From Patescibacteria group bacterium (lineage in GTDB: Bacteria > Patescibacteriota > Dojkabacteria > GCA-002793355), in assembly GCA_016860985.1 (NCBI GenBank), contig BOKM01000001.1:317716-381715 (forward strand): a DNA stretch of 64,000 bases, read 5' to 3'. Positions within the stretch are counted from its first letter, which is position 1. Every line of letters starts with the position of its first letter. Below the pieces are notes generated by a model. It saw only the letters and a program-made list of their open reading frames with translations, did no database searches and was not told the DNA's origin. The position numbers were made by a program, and so were the translations under genes. Shown here one piece after another: positions 11,701 to 20,178 of the stretch.

Positions 11701-12095
11701 CTCCAAAAGAGCAGTCCTCTCAGGAAGCACCAAAATCACCAACCTCCGGAGTTAACGTACCGAGCGCTTCCCCCCAACCGACACAAGTACAAGCACCAGC
11801 TCCCGCACAAAAAGCGCAACCTGTCCAAATGCCTAGAGTTGAGCAACAAGTTATGAACCAGAAGCCTGAACTTACGCCAAAAACTACAGTTCAGCTCCCA
11901 CCAACAATCCCTGGAAAAGTTGCAAGCACGCAGCCATCGAACGTAAAAATACCAGAACCAAAAACAGTGCCACCTATTCCATCAACTGTTTCCCAGCCAC
12001 CACAGGTGACTGCTATGCCAAAGCAACCAGCTTCACTCCCGATTCAAGCAAGCAATCTGCCACCAGAGTCACCCTCTTTACCAATCGGGAAATAG
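8724..12095 (+). CDS. large surface protein: signal anchor, Ig-like (putative Ig / cadherin-like) domains, Pro/Thr linker, TM helix, about 290-aa Pro/Gln-rich C-terminal tail
   Basis: 1123-aa ORF starting 4 nt after the SBP gene. Repeated NxAPxFTSxP...DxDxD motifs; PT-rich linker PKPKPSPTPKPTSTPSPTATPTAT; strongly hydrophobic LFVAALILIIILILLPLILYFAF near residue 830, followed by a proline-rich low-complexity tail. Confidence 0.7.
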   Translation: MRKERTRQWLTLFSLFMLLVLPTAIVGFNNFSTFVNRAFAKPFQKQEATFLVQSESSAGIATGSKFSLKLTAATPKTLPLKHFAAFIEFDKSKVDISSVQLQNTKLLKVVAYQNGYLVLPVNAAVPTNFRELYPETCAANDSCDFSQFSAGTVDLVINGVLLSALTEQQRPIKVTMLGASETSTVAIWNEKIILPSLNLGEFVKNNAPSFTSEPQPYIHEAKLFEYDISIADKDSDPVTLSLECPTTAFCDKLQTAPEGITLEGSTLRWDTPLYAESPYTITVYANDGKSVSTQTFSLKVLQTDTSYFSCTFTPALSVKILDYRVETPLIIFAQSSADLSKAVVTLEKDGVTEKTFTYDFTPSKKTIILDQSSNPALTYKFKEGNYTGTATFTSTSGANFTCELTNPTVSFTSLLRQAFIHTVENIVEVVQAQGLTVGTNTAPTFTSDPMAPATSGGSSPSVSFVYGTPYSFTLKAQDSDGDPLQHTIVAKPAWASVAVSSSTSTTGPSNYNIQFTGTPAEKHAGSNLFSVSINDGYGHYITRTWVINVDYPDNDIPRVTIIEPVKAVTRYQGSPFLLKWEVEDRHQVVSFKIQYTKNLSSGSKTTYNNNVSYKTRGLTINTSSMPPGDYYFIVSAVDGFSPPATGAGYTAMVRILPPKPKPSPTPKPTSTPSPTATPTATSTVTASPTPTPTPTATEEPTPEPDEITIQITTPKNQAQIAPNEFQAVITLAASKEGELQKSGITVRLDTEVITDKFTFSAEKGKTLTASYKPTTLLEPGIHELIVTAKDSKGKEKEAKVSFTVLSDTQPTDNNVNFLGFDIPKHLYTLFVAALILIIILILLPLILYFAFRNSDKESPPPNRRLPAAPTGSSAPPSLKTPGTAFAQPVITKANEGPAFQPVVIPKNDIPTEAPKITPPETLQSFVAQSSMNEAQQKAEGNRVPQQVAGPTFTPPPPVQPTKPFVPMVKEQSIKPATSIKNDPPPQIRPTPFTPKEQSSQEAPKSPTSGVNVPSASPQPTQVQAPAPAQKAQPVQMPRVEQQVMNQKPELTPKTTVQLPPTIPGKVASTQPSNVKIPEPKTVPPIPSTVSQPPQVTAMPKQPASLPIQASNLPPESPSLPIGK
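10686..10839 (+). repeat. low-complexity CCA/ACN-rich tract encoding the Pro/Thr linker of the surface protein
   Basis: Visible ccaaca/ccgac-type reiteration. It generates a mirror GVGVG ORF on the opposite strand. Confidence 0.5.
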
Positions 12096-12164
12096 TACCA
12101 ATACAGGTCAGAGACTCGTACCCTCGACTCGACAAACGTAAGGTCATAAGTGCTATAATTACCG

Positions 12165-13976
12165 ATGAAACAGATGACATATCTTGAGGTTAGAAATGCG
12201 TACTTAGACTTTATGAAAAGTAAAGGTCACCAAGAGGTGCCAAACGCTTCTCTCGTTCCAGAAAATGACCCAACTCTTTTGTTTGTAAATTCGGGAATGT
12301 TTCCACTTGTTCCGTTTCTACTTGGCGAGACACACCCTCTCGGCACACGCCTTGTTAATGTACAGCGTTGTGTAAGAACAGAAGATTTGGAAGAAGTTGG
12401 CGATATATCTCACGCCACTGCCTTTGAAATGATTGGCAACTGGTCTTTAGGTGACTATTTTAAAGAACAAGCATTGCAACAGACCTACGAGTTCTTTATT
12501 GAACGTCTTGGCATTCCTGTAGAACAAATATATGGTTCTGTATTTGAAGGAGACGAAGATGCGCCACAAGATACAACTTCAATTGAACTGCTAAAAGCAA
12601 TATTCAAAAAATATGGAATAGATGCAAAGGCCGGAAAGAATGAACGTATTCAGCTCTATGGTAAAAAGAAAAACTGGTGGGGGCTCGCCGGTGGTGGACC
12701 TTGCGGTACAACATCAGAAATTTTTTACGACACCGGAAAAGAACCTTGTGGCCCAGATTGTCACATAAACTGTGATTGCGGTAAGTATATCGAAATTGGA
12801 AACAACGTCTTCATGGAGTTTCTTAATAAAGACGGAAAGTACACTCCACTCGCGAAGCAAAACGTAGATTTTGGAGGCGGATTAGATCGTATTGTCATAT
12901 TACTTCAAGGAGTAACCAGCTACCACGAAACCGATATTTACAAACCGATTGGTGATTATGTCCGAAGCATTGCAAAGGTACAAAACACAAAATCAGAGAG
13001 AATTATCATTGATCACGTTAAATCAGCTACCTGGATAATAATGGATGGCGTACTTCCTGGAAAAACCGAAAAAGAGTATGTTCTTCGCAGATTAATCAGA
13101 AGGGCAATCCGTCACGGAAAAATACTTGGAATCGAAAAGCCCTTCTTGCGCGAGGTTGGAGAAGTAGCAGTTGATCAGTTTGCTCCTGTTTACTCTCAAC
13201 TGGCTGAACAAAAGGACCACATTCTCGAAGTTCTTGCCCAAGAAGAAACAAAATTCCTCAATACACTAAAAGGTGGCATGACTCAAGTAGCAAAACTGGT
13301 CGAGCAGCACAAAAATAGCGAATTTACCAATGCACAGGGAGAAAGTTTTTCGTTATACGAAAGTTTTGGATTTCCTCCCGAAATGTTCCTTGAAGAGTTA
13401 ACAAATGCGGGTATTTCTGTTTCTCAAGACCTCTTTTGGCAAAACCACAAAGCAAAGGCAATGGAACATCAAGAAAAATCACGTACTGCAACTCAAGGAT
13501 TGTTTAAAGGTGGACTCGCAGATACATCTGAAAAATCAACTCATTATCACACGACTACACACTTACTCTTAGCTGCACTGCGAAAGATTGTTGGAACTCA
13601 TATTTACCAAAAAGGGAGCAATATTACTCCCGAAAGGCTACGCTTTGACATTCCAAATCCAGAAAAACTCACACCAGAACAGATTAAAGAAGTAGAGCTA
13701 CTTATAAATCAAAAGATACAAGAAGGCTTACCCGTTGATTTTGAAGAAATGCCAAAAGATAAAGCACTTGAGCTAGTACCTTTTGCCGCTTTCGAAGGGA
13801 AATACGCCGATGTTGTCAAAGTTTATACGGTAGGAACAAAAGAAGCACCATTTTCTCAAGAACTTTGTAATGGACCACATGTAAAAAATACTTCTGAAAT
13901 ATCTGGCACCTTTCGCATCACGCAGCAGGAAAAGATAGGTAATGGAATCTTAAGAATAAAAGGAGTATTACAATAA
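12165..13976 (+). CDS. alaS: alanine--tRNA ligase, short form (603 aa) lacking the C-Ala domain
   Basis: N-terminal AlaRS signature EVRNAYLDFMKSKGH...LFVNSGM; editing-domain zinc motifs HTTTHLL and CNGPH. Followed by ruvX-mltG, as in Firmicutes. Confidence 0.85.
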   Translation: MKQMTYLEVRNAYLDFMKSKGHQEVPNASLVPENDPTLLFVNSGMFPLVPFLLGETHPLGTRLVNVQRCVRTEDLEEVGDISHATAFEMIGNWSLGDYFKEQALQQTYEFFIERLGIPVEQIYGSVFEGDEDAPQDTTSIELLKAIFKKYGIDAKAGKNERIQLYGKKKNWWGLAGGGPCGTTSEIFYDTGKEPCGPDCHINCDCGKYIEIGNNVFMEFLNKDGKYTPLAKQNVDFGGGLDRIVILLQGVTSYHETDIYKPIGDYVRSIAKVQNTKSERIIIDHVKSATWIIMDGVLPGKTEKEYVLRRLIRRAIRHGKILGIEKPFLREVGEVAVDQFAPVYSQLAEQKDHILEVLAQEETKFLNTLKGGMTQVAKLVEQHKNSEFTNAQGESFSLYESFGFPPEMFLEELTNAGISVSQDLFWQNHKAKAMEHQEKSRTATQGLFKGGLADTSEKSTHYHTTTHLLLAALRKIVGTHIYQKGSNITPERLRFDIPNPEKLTPEQIKEVELLINQKIQEGLPVDFEEMPKDKALELVPFAAFEGKYADVVKVYTVGTKEAPFSQELCNGPHVKNTSEISGTFRITQQEKIGNGILRIKGVLQ

Positions 13977-13979
13977 CGT

Positions 13980-14357
13980 ATGTACATTTTAGGTATTGAT
14001 TTTGGAACAAAGAAGCTAGGGCTTGCAATCCTTGAATCTACTACGCAGATTTGCAGTCCGCTTCCTTTGCTTCAGAACGATAAAGAGATGTGGGAGAACC
14101 TACAAAAGGTTATTTCCGAGTATCGAGTCACACATATTATTCTTGGGCTCCCCTCTTACGAAGAAACGGCAAAAAAAGTTGAGCGTTTTAAACAAAACCT
14201 TCTCAGTAAATTTGCGGTTAATGTCGATTATTCCCCCGAAGATCTCACTTCGTTAACAGTAAAAAAGCAATTGACTTCTAAAAAACAGAAGCAGAATCTA
14301 GACTCGTATAGCGCTGTCGCGATCCTCGAACAATGGGCGAGCAGCAATATTAATTAA
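13980..14357 (+). CDS. ruvX: Holliday junction resolvase-like protein RuvX/YqgF
   Basis: N-terminus MYILGIDFGTKKLGLAILE is typical of YqgF/RuvX. 125 aa. Conserved position after alaS. Confidence 0.8.
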   Translation: MYILGIDFGTKKLGLAILESTTQICSPLPLLQNDKEMWENLQKVISEYRVTHIILGLPSYEETAKKVERFKQNLLSKFAVNVDYSPEDLTSLTVKKQLTSKKQKQNLDSYSAVAILEQWASSNIN

Positions 14358-14368
14358 TACAGCAAAAA

Positions 14369-15481
14369 ATGGCATTTTACTCTGGAAAAATGGTAAAAGA
14401 ACAATCAAAAAAGCGTTCACCACTTGGAATCATACTTGCAGCATTATTTCTTATCGGAGTAGCAGCTATTGGCGTTGCGCTCAATACTCCTTCTATTAAG
14501 ACCAAGATTGACACGTACAAGTGCTATTGGGACGGAACACTAATCACAAAGAATCAAAGCGACAGAACTGACATTCAACCAATAACCATTGTTTCAGGGC
14601 AAGATCCACTTTCTGTAGGTCGTCTTCTTCAAGAAAAAGGTGTTATAAAAAATGCTAGCGACTTCCTTTGTTATGTTCATAAAATTAATGCTGGAGATAA
14701 AATACAGGCGGGCTATTACGAAATTCAACTTCCAATTTCAATCGAACAACTTGTACCATACCTTCAGAGCTCAAGAATTCCAACGGCTCGAATGACAATT
14801 CCAGAAGGACTCAGATACGACGAAGTTGCGGACAGGATAGATACAGCACTTGGGAAAGAAAACGCAATAAAGAAGTTTAATAAAGATGAGTTTCTTACCC
14901 TTGCAACTAATAGTGAAATACTTGCAGAACTCCCCTATCTTAAAGGCAAACCCTCAGCCGAAGGGTTTTTATTCCCTGATACGTATGAAGTCGCCAAAAA
15001 TGCAACAAGCAGAGAGGTTTTTGACTTGCTTATAGGCACATTCAAGAGAAAAGTAATTGACGGAAGTGAACTTTCCTCCTCTAAAGAGTTAACCCCTTAT
15101 CAGGTAATTACTCTTGCGTCGATTATCGAAAAAGAAGCTGGTAAATCCTACGAAGAAAAAAGAATAGTTGCCGGTATCTTATTGAAACGTATGAAAAATG
15201 ATTGGCTTCTTCAGGTTGATGCAACCTTTTTATACGAGAAAAAAGATTGGAAGGCAGTTATCTATCAGCAGGATAAACTAAGCAACTCTGCCTACAACAC
15301 ATACAAACGCATGGGGCTACCGCCTACTCCTATTTCAAATCCAGGCTTAGACAGTATCAACGCAGTACTTGACCCGCAAGAGAGTAAATATTGGTACTAT
15401 CTTCATGGCACAGACGGGGGCATCAGATATGCGCAAACAAACGAAGAACATATACGAAACATAGACTTGTATTTGCGTTAA
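14369..15481 (+). CDS. mltG: endolytic murein transglycosylase MltG (YceG family)
   Basis: N-terminal TM, then a YceG-like domain with a conserved GLPPTPISNPG-type motif and LYSM-like fold. Conserved alaS-yqgF-yceG order. Confidence 0.8.
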   Translation: MAFYSGKMVKEQSKKRSPLGIILAALFLIGVAAIGVALNTPSIKTKIDTYKCYWDGTLITKNQSDRTDIQPITIVSGQDPLSVGRLLQEKGVIKNASDFLCYVHKINAGDKIQAGYYEIQLPISIEQLVPYLQSSRIPTARMTIPEGLRYDEVADRIDTALGKENAIKKFNKDEFLTLATNSEILAELPYLKGKPSAEGFLFPDTYEVAKNATSREVFDLLIGTFKRKVIDGSELSSSKELTPYQVITLASIIEKEAGKSYEEKRIVAGILLKRMKNDWLLQVDATFLYEKKDWKAVIYQQDKLSNSAYNTYKRMGLPPTPISNPGLDSINAVLDPQESKYWYYLHGTDGGIRYAQTNEEHIRNIDLYLR

Positions 15482-15502
15482 CTTCTGTGCGACAATGACC
15501 TC

Positions 15503-16936
15503 ATGAACCTACGATTTAAACGAACAAAAAAGACGGACCCAACTCACCTTGATCCTGAGACGAGCGACCAACCAGCGATTTCAAAGGTAGCCAAAAAGAA
15601 CAACCCTGGAATGAGATTTATTGGATTAGTCCTCCGCATATTTGCTTTTCTGATTCCGCTTGCGTTAATCGGCGCTGCAGTACCGTATGCAATAATGCAA
15701 AGTTCAAACGTTTTACAACCATTTTTCAAAGCAGCAAATTTTACTGTTAATGGAAGTTCAACAGCATTTTCAACGTTGAAAAAAGAACCTACACTAAGAA
15801 AGGATGCTAATAACATGACTAACGTGCTGATTGTTGGTATCGATACCAGAGCGAAAGGCAGCAAGTTACTAAATACAGATACAATCATTCTTGCATCTTA
15901 CAATCACCGAACAAATGAGGTCGCAATGATCTCTTTTCCAAGAGACTTAAATGTAAACTATCCAAACACACCAAGTATCGGAAAGATTAACGCAACCTAC
16001 GCTTACGGAGAGATGAGAAAAGATGGTGGCGGGATTGAATATCTCAGACAGCTTATCGAATCAATTTCAGGTCAGAAAATTCAGTATCATGTTATGGTAG
16101 ATCTAAAAGGGTTTACTACAATCATAGATTTGCTAGGTGGGGTCGATGTTAATGTAGACACTGCATTTACTGGTGACTATCCGACCGAAACATATGGATG
16201 GACAACTGTCACTTTCAAGAAGGGTGTCGTGCATATGAATGGAAACAAAGCACTCCAATACGCCCGAATACGACATGCTTACCCTTACTCAGAAGCTTCT
16301 GACTTTGCTCGTGCAAAAAGACAGCAAAAAGTTATTCAAGCTGTAATTGATAAAGCCACTAAAGTAGACACGCTTCAAAATACAAAGAAGATTTTTGAAA
16401 TCCTTGGTGCGGTAGCACAAAATATCAAGATAAACCGAGTGACTCCAGAAGACATTGAAGCAGGACTTATGATCTTAAAAGACAAAGGCAAGCCAGTATC
16501 GTACTCAATGGTTCTTGACCCTGCTGCCGGTGGTTATGGCCGCTTAATTAAGCGTGGCGCAGGTTATCTTTACACACTTGAACCAACCGCAGGCAAAAAC
16601 AACTGGAGCCAAGTAAAATCGTTTATAAAAGATTATGCTGCCGCTCCTGGGCTTGTTACTCTGAAATCTCCAATTTATGTTTATAACAACGGAAAAGATA
16701 ACTATAACTCTGCCTTTAGCAACATGAGCAATCGCTATTATTATGCCGACTTCCGCAACGGCGGTTCTCAAAAGAATTTACCGAAAACAGGAGTTTACAA
16801 TATTGGTGGAAGTAAGTCGGCAACCGCGGCACAATATCTTGCCAACACATACAAAATTCCATTGCAAACTGTTGACGATACTGTTTCTGTTCCAAAACCA
16901 AAGGGAGCAGCAATTGTCATAGTGTTAGGAAAATAA
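15503..16936 (+). CDS. LytR-CpsA-Psr (LCP) family cell-wall polymer transferase
   Basis: TM anchor followed by LCP core NVLIVGIDTRA...RTDTIILASYN...SFPRD. Confidence 0.75.
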   Translation: MNLRFKRTKKTDPTHLDPETSDQPAISKVAKKNNPGMRFIGLVLRIFAFLIPLALIGAAVPYAIMQSSNVLQPFFKAANFTVNGSSTAFSTLKKEPTLRKDANNMTNVLIVGIDTRAKGSKLLNTDTIILASYNHRTNEVAMISFPRDLNVNYPNTPSIGKINATYAYGEMRKDGGGIEYLRQLIESISGQKIQYHVMVDLKGFTTIIDLLGGVDVNVDTAFTGDYPTETYGWTTVTFKKGVVHMNGNKALQYARIRHAYPYSEASDFARAKRQQKVIQAVIDKATKVDTLQNTKKIFEILGAVAQNIKINRVTPEDIEAGLMILKDKGKPVSYSMVLDPAAGGYGRLIKRGAGYLYTLEPTAGKNNWSQVKSFIKDYAAAPGLVTLKSPIYVYNNGKDNYNSAFSNMSNRYYYADFRNGGSQKNLPKTGVYNIGGSKSATAAQYLANTYKIPLQTVDDTVSVPKPKGAAIVIVLGK

Positions 16937-16939
16937 CGC

Positions 16940-17860
16940 ATGCTTACGTTAATAGCTACAGGAGACAGAGAATCTGACTTGTACCATTGGTACGAAGTAC
17001 GTGAAAAACATCCGGAGTTAAAAAGTATTCCAAGTATCGACGCCTCGACACCTCAAGGCGCAGCAGAGTTTGCACGTCGAGTTGAAACTATCTCATTTTT
17101 TGGTAACACAGATATCATTGTTGCTCATTCTGTTGAGATAACCCCGCAATTAGTTCACCTCATCCATGAATATACAGGCACTATTTACATTGTGACAACG
17201 GTAGGAAAAGTACCAAAAACACTACAAGCAAAAAGCGCTTTTGACAAATGCACCGACCAGATGCTAAAGAACCTCATTTCAACAAGACTTCGAACACTAT
17301 CCCTCTCGCCGACGAAAGAAGATATGGCAAAGCTCTATTTTACACTCTCAATTGAGGAGTATTCCGGTAAAGAAAGACTCTCACCACTTCGTTGCCGTAC
17401 GTTAGTAAGACAGCTTATGACTATAGAAGGAAGCACACCAGAAGATGCAAGAAAGTTATTCACAAATTTGATTGGCTTAGTGGAAGGCAAAGCTAGCCAA
17501 TGGGAACTTCTTGCTAACTTGTTTACAACGCAAAAAAGAAAACAAAAAGAGTACTTTCAGTCGCTGTCCGAACTCATGACACCCTACGAAATCATGTCTC
17601 ATGCGAAATCAACATTGCTCTTGGTATATGCCATCATGCTTGGACGCAAAGACCATCTCGATTCAGCATCAATTGCAACAAAACTTGGTAAGCACCCCTT
17701 TTATATAAGTTCCCTACTTAGGACTGTAGAAGAAAAAGGCATTACCATAGACAAGGTCAAGAAAATACTAAGCCGTCTTCTGAATTTAGAAATGGCTTTA
17801 AAGTCAGGAAAATTCGATGACGAGTATTTTGGTTTCGAAGTGCTGCTCGCAACAATGTAG
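16940..17860 (+). CDS. hypothetical protein (weakly reminiscent of DNA polymerase III delta subunit)
   Basis: 306 aa, helical. The N-terminal LIATGDRESDL loosely resembles the holA N-terminus. Not confirmed. Confidence 0.3.
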   Translation: MLTLIATGDRESDLYHWYEVREKHPELKSIPSIDASTPQGAAEFARRVETISFFGNTDIIVAHSVEITPQLVHLIHEYTGTIYIVTTVGKVPKTLQAKSAFDKCTDQMLKNLISTRLRTLSLSPTKEDMAKLYFTLSIEEYSGKERLSPLRCRTLVRQLMTIEGSTPEDARKLFTNLIGLVEGKASQWELLANLFTTQKRKQKEYFQSLSELMTPYEIMSHAKSTLLLVYAIMLGRKDHLDSASIATKLGKHPFYISSLLRTVEEKGITIDKVKKILSRLLNLEMALKSGKFDDEYFGFEVLLATM

Positions 17861-17861
17861 A

Positions 17862-18281
17862 CTACCTAAGTTGGAATGGATTCCCATTAATTCCATACCA
17901 CTCGCCCTCCGATACGACGATAACATACCGATAGGACAATTCATCTTGTTTTAGTAAAGAAACCGAATGAGATGTTGATGGTGATTCTCCATTCGCAGAA
18001 AGTACCTTATATGGCAATGATGAGAAATCTGCATATGATTTGCCCAGCAAAATAAACCCTGTGCAAGCTTCGCGTGTTTCCCAAGTTATCTTCATTCGTC
18101 CGACGTCATCTGTATCTATCGTGAATTGCGAGGGCTCACAAGGCTGTTTGACGGTATTGTCTGAACTTACTAAATACTCTTGTTCTCGTACGTATTTTAC
18201 CCACAAAAATGCCATTATTAAGGGAATTAGCAATGATAAGACTACGCCAATTAACGCAATTTTTCTTAGTAACTGCTTCAT
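17862..18281 (-). CDS. membrane-anchored/secreted small protein with FN3-like (purple-acid-phosphatase-N-like) motif
   Basis: N-terminal TM helix IALIGVVLSLLIPLIMAFLWV; motif MKITWETREACTGFILLGKSY. Confidence 0.4.
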   Translation of the reverse strand: MKQLLRKIALIGVVLSLLIPLIMAFLWVKYVREQEYLVSSDNTVKQPCEPSQFTIDTDDVGRMKITWETREACTGFILLGKSYADFSSLPYKVLSANGESPSTSHSVSLLKQDELSYRYVIVVSEGEWYGINGNPFQLR

Positions 18282-19006
18282 TATCTGTGACCGCGTTCAA
18301 TAACGATGCCCTTTGGTAATTTACTTCGGTTGCCCATCGCGTTTTTCATTATTTTTACCAAGATAGAACCTACGGTAAAAATCAGCACAATACCTACAAC
18401 TAAAAGAAGATATGTTTGTTGTCTATCAGACAAAAATGGTTGAGCTGTCGCTACTGTAGATTCTCCTAATACTTCTTCTAGCTCCGAAGTTGTTGCGTCT
18501 GGCAATACCTGAGCATTTCTTGTTGGAATTACTACACTATTAGGATGGAAGGGATCTTGCCAAATAGCGACTGTTTTTGCACCTTTAACATCTGCTTCTG
18601 GGGTATCAATCGTTACAGTGAACGTTTGATCTTGCACATCACCGGCAATAGTTGCTGCTCGAACGGTAATTGTGAATACTCCACCAACAGAAGGGACCGT
18701 GCCGGTTAACTGTTGTGTCTCAGGAATCCAACTGACCCAATCTGGCTTTGCGAGTACAGATAGTGTCACTTCACTACCTGAAAGTGAGGTCGCTAACACT
18801 TTATAGACAAAGGTTGAATCTGCAGAAACAAGGATTGGAGGGACTGAAATATATCGAATATCGTCGACCACAGCGACCTCAGTAGGTGTAGGTGTAACTG
18901 TTGCTGTATTTTTTGTGGGATTAAGCACTTGCTGAAGCAACATCGGTAAACCAAACGTTACCATAAGAATAAGTAAAACGACGAAAAACTTCAGACCTGA
19001 CCTCAT
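18281..19006 (-). CDS. cell-surface protein with Ig-like domain and C-terminal TM anchor
   Basis: Signal/TM at N-terminus and a Thr/Pro spacer. Motif LAKPDWVSW resembles AKPAWASV of the 1123-aa protein. C-terminal hydrophobic helix plus basic tail. Confidence 0.45.
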   Translation of the reverse strand: MRSGLKFFVVLLILMVTFGLPMLLQQVLNPTKNTATVTPTPTEVAVVDDIRYISVPPILVSADSTFVYKVLATSLSGSEVTLSVLAKPDWVSWIPETQQLTGTVPSVGGVFTITVRAATIAGDVQDQTFTVTIDTPEADVKGAKTVAIWQDPFHPNSVVIPTRNAQVLPDATTSELEEVLGESTVATAQPFLSDRQQTYLLLVVGIVLIFTVGSILVKIMKNAMGNRSKLPKGIVIERGHR

Positions 19007-19052
19007 AATGAATTAGTGTAGCACAGATGTTTCAAGTAAGGTATACTTTGTT

Positions 19053-19607
19053 ATGAATGATTTTTTGAAGCGCTTTATCGAACACTCACTGTTCGCAGCT
19101 ACCTTTATGGTGCTTCTAAAAATTGTTGGGGTATGGGTCGCTTTGCTGGCAACAAAAACAGATTTTGCCTTAGAAAGTGCTGCACAAGTTTTCACGTACA
19201 TTACAGTACAATCGACACAGCAAGTTACCCAAATAACAACCTTTGCCGACGCATTTTTTGTCGTTGCACTCATCCTTGCTGGAATAACAGTACTTGTAAA
19301 AACAACCTATTTTAACGACTTAACACGTCATCCAAGAGTGCTCGTAAAAGTAATTCACTACAACCTTACCGGCTGGTTAGAAGACGGACAAGGCATGTAC
19401 CCTAAACTTTTTGCATGGGGAACCTTTCTTTGGCTTGCAACTGTGCTCGTTATACGCGACTACATGACTGCGGGTATTCCTATTGCACTGCCATTTGGGA
19501 TGGGTACATTTGCAGTGCTCTACACTTATCAAGTATTCCGATTCTTAGATACACATATTTCAGATATGATAAGCTACCTATATGGCACAAAACGAAAAAT
19601 CACCTAA
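19053..19607 (+). CDS. integral membrane protein (4 predicted TM helices)
   Basis: Hydrophobic segments throughout the 184-aa ORF. Confidence 0.4.
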   Translation: MNDFLKRFIEHSLFAATFMVLLKIVGVWVALLATKTDFALESAAQVFTYITVQSTQQVTQITTFADAFFVVALILAGITVLVKTTYFNDLTRHPRVLVKVIHYNLTGWLEDGQGMYPKLFAWGTFLWLATVLVIRDYMTAGIPIALPFGMGTFAVLYTYQVFRFLDTHISDMISYLYGTKRKIT

Positions 19608-20160
19608 TGCCCCTCATATTTTTGGCGACCTCGCACTCACCGCGGTCGCAGTAAGTGTCGTTGCACTCACCTACTTTGGCGTTGCAGGACTTACTCCAAA
19701 GTCCACACAGCAAATAGCATTGAACAACAATGTACTTGGGGTGACTACAAAACAAAAAGTGCTCAACTATTTTCCCGCCACCACAACCAATCTCGCATTT
19801 GTAAGCAATTATACACTCTCTGGAAATACCACAATGTCGGGCGACGCTTCACTTGTAATTAGCTTTTCACCCCTTGAAGCAACCAACTACTCATTTACTG
19901 CGTTAACAATTAAAAACACCTCATCGGAATATCGAAAAGTTCAACTTACCCCAACCTTCTCGCTCGACGGTTCATATACTTCAATTCAAGTGACGTATGC
20001 AGGCGCAACAACTGAGATTATCACGCCACAGGGGGTAGTTAATCCTATCGATTTGGTTGTTCCTCCTTCTTCTGCAACAGACATTTCGCTGACACTTCAA
20101 CCAACTATTCGACTCGCAACACCTGTTTCGTTAACGTTGGACTTTACGGAAGCCCCTTAA
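19582..20160 (+). CDS. membrane-anchored secreted hypothetical protein (beta-rich)
   Basis: N-terminal TM LALTAVAVSVVALTYFGVAG, then a Thr/Ser-rich beta-like domain. Overlaps the upstream gene by 26 nt. Confidence 0.4.
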   Translation: MAQNEKSPNAPHIFGDLALTAVAVSVVALTYFGVAGLTPKSTQQIALNNNVLGVTTKQKVLNYFPATTTNLAFVSNYTLSGNTTMSGDASLVISFSPLEATNYSFTALTIKNTSSEYRKVQLTPTFSLDGSYTSIQVTYAGATTEIITPQGVVNPIDLVVPPSSATDISLTLQPTIRLATPVSLTLDFTEAP

Positions 20161-20178
20161 TTTGGCATAATTCGCCTA

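Noticed and set aside
18281-18420. LPDATT near the C-terminus of the 241-aa surface protein as a possible sortase sorting signal
   Set aside because: It is not LPxTG/LAxTG (Thr replaces Gly). It is also separated from the hydrophobic anchor by about 35 residues, whereas genuine sorting signals abut the TM segment.
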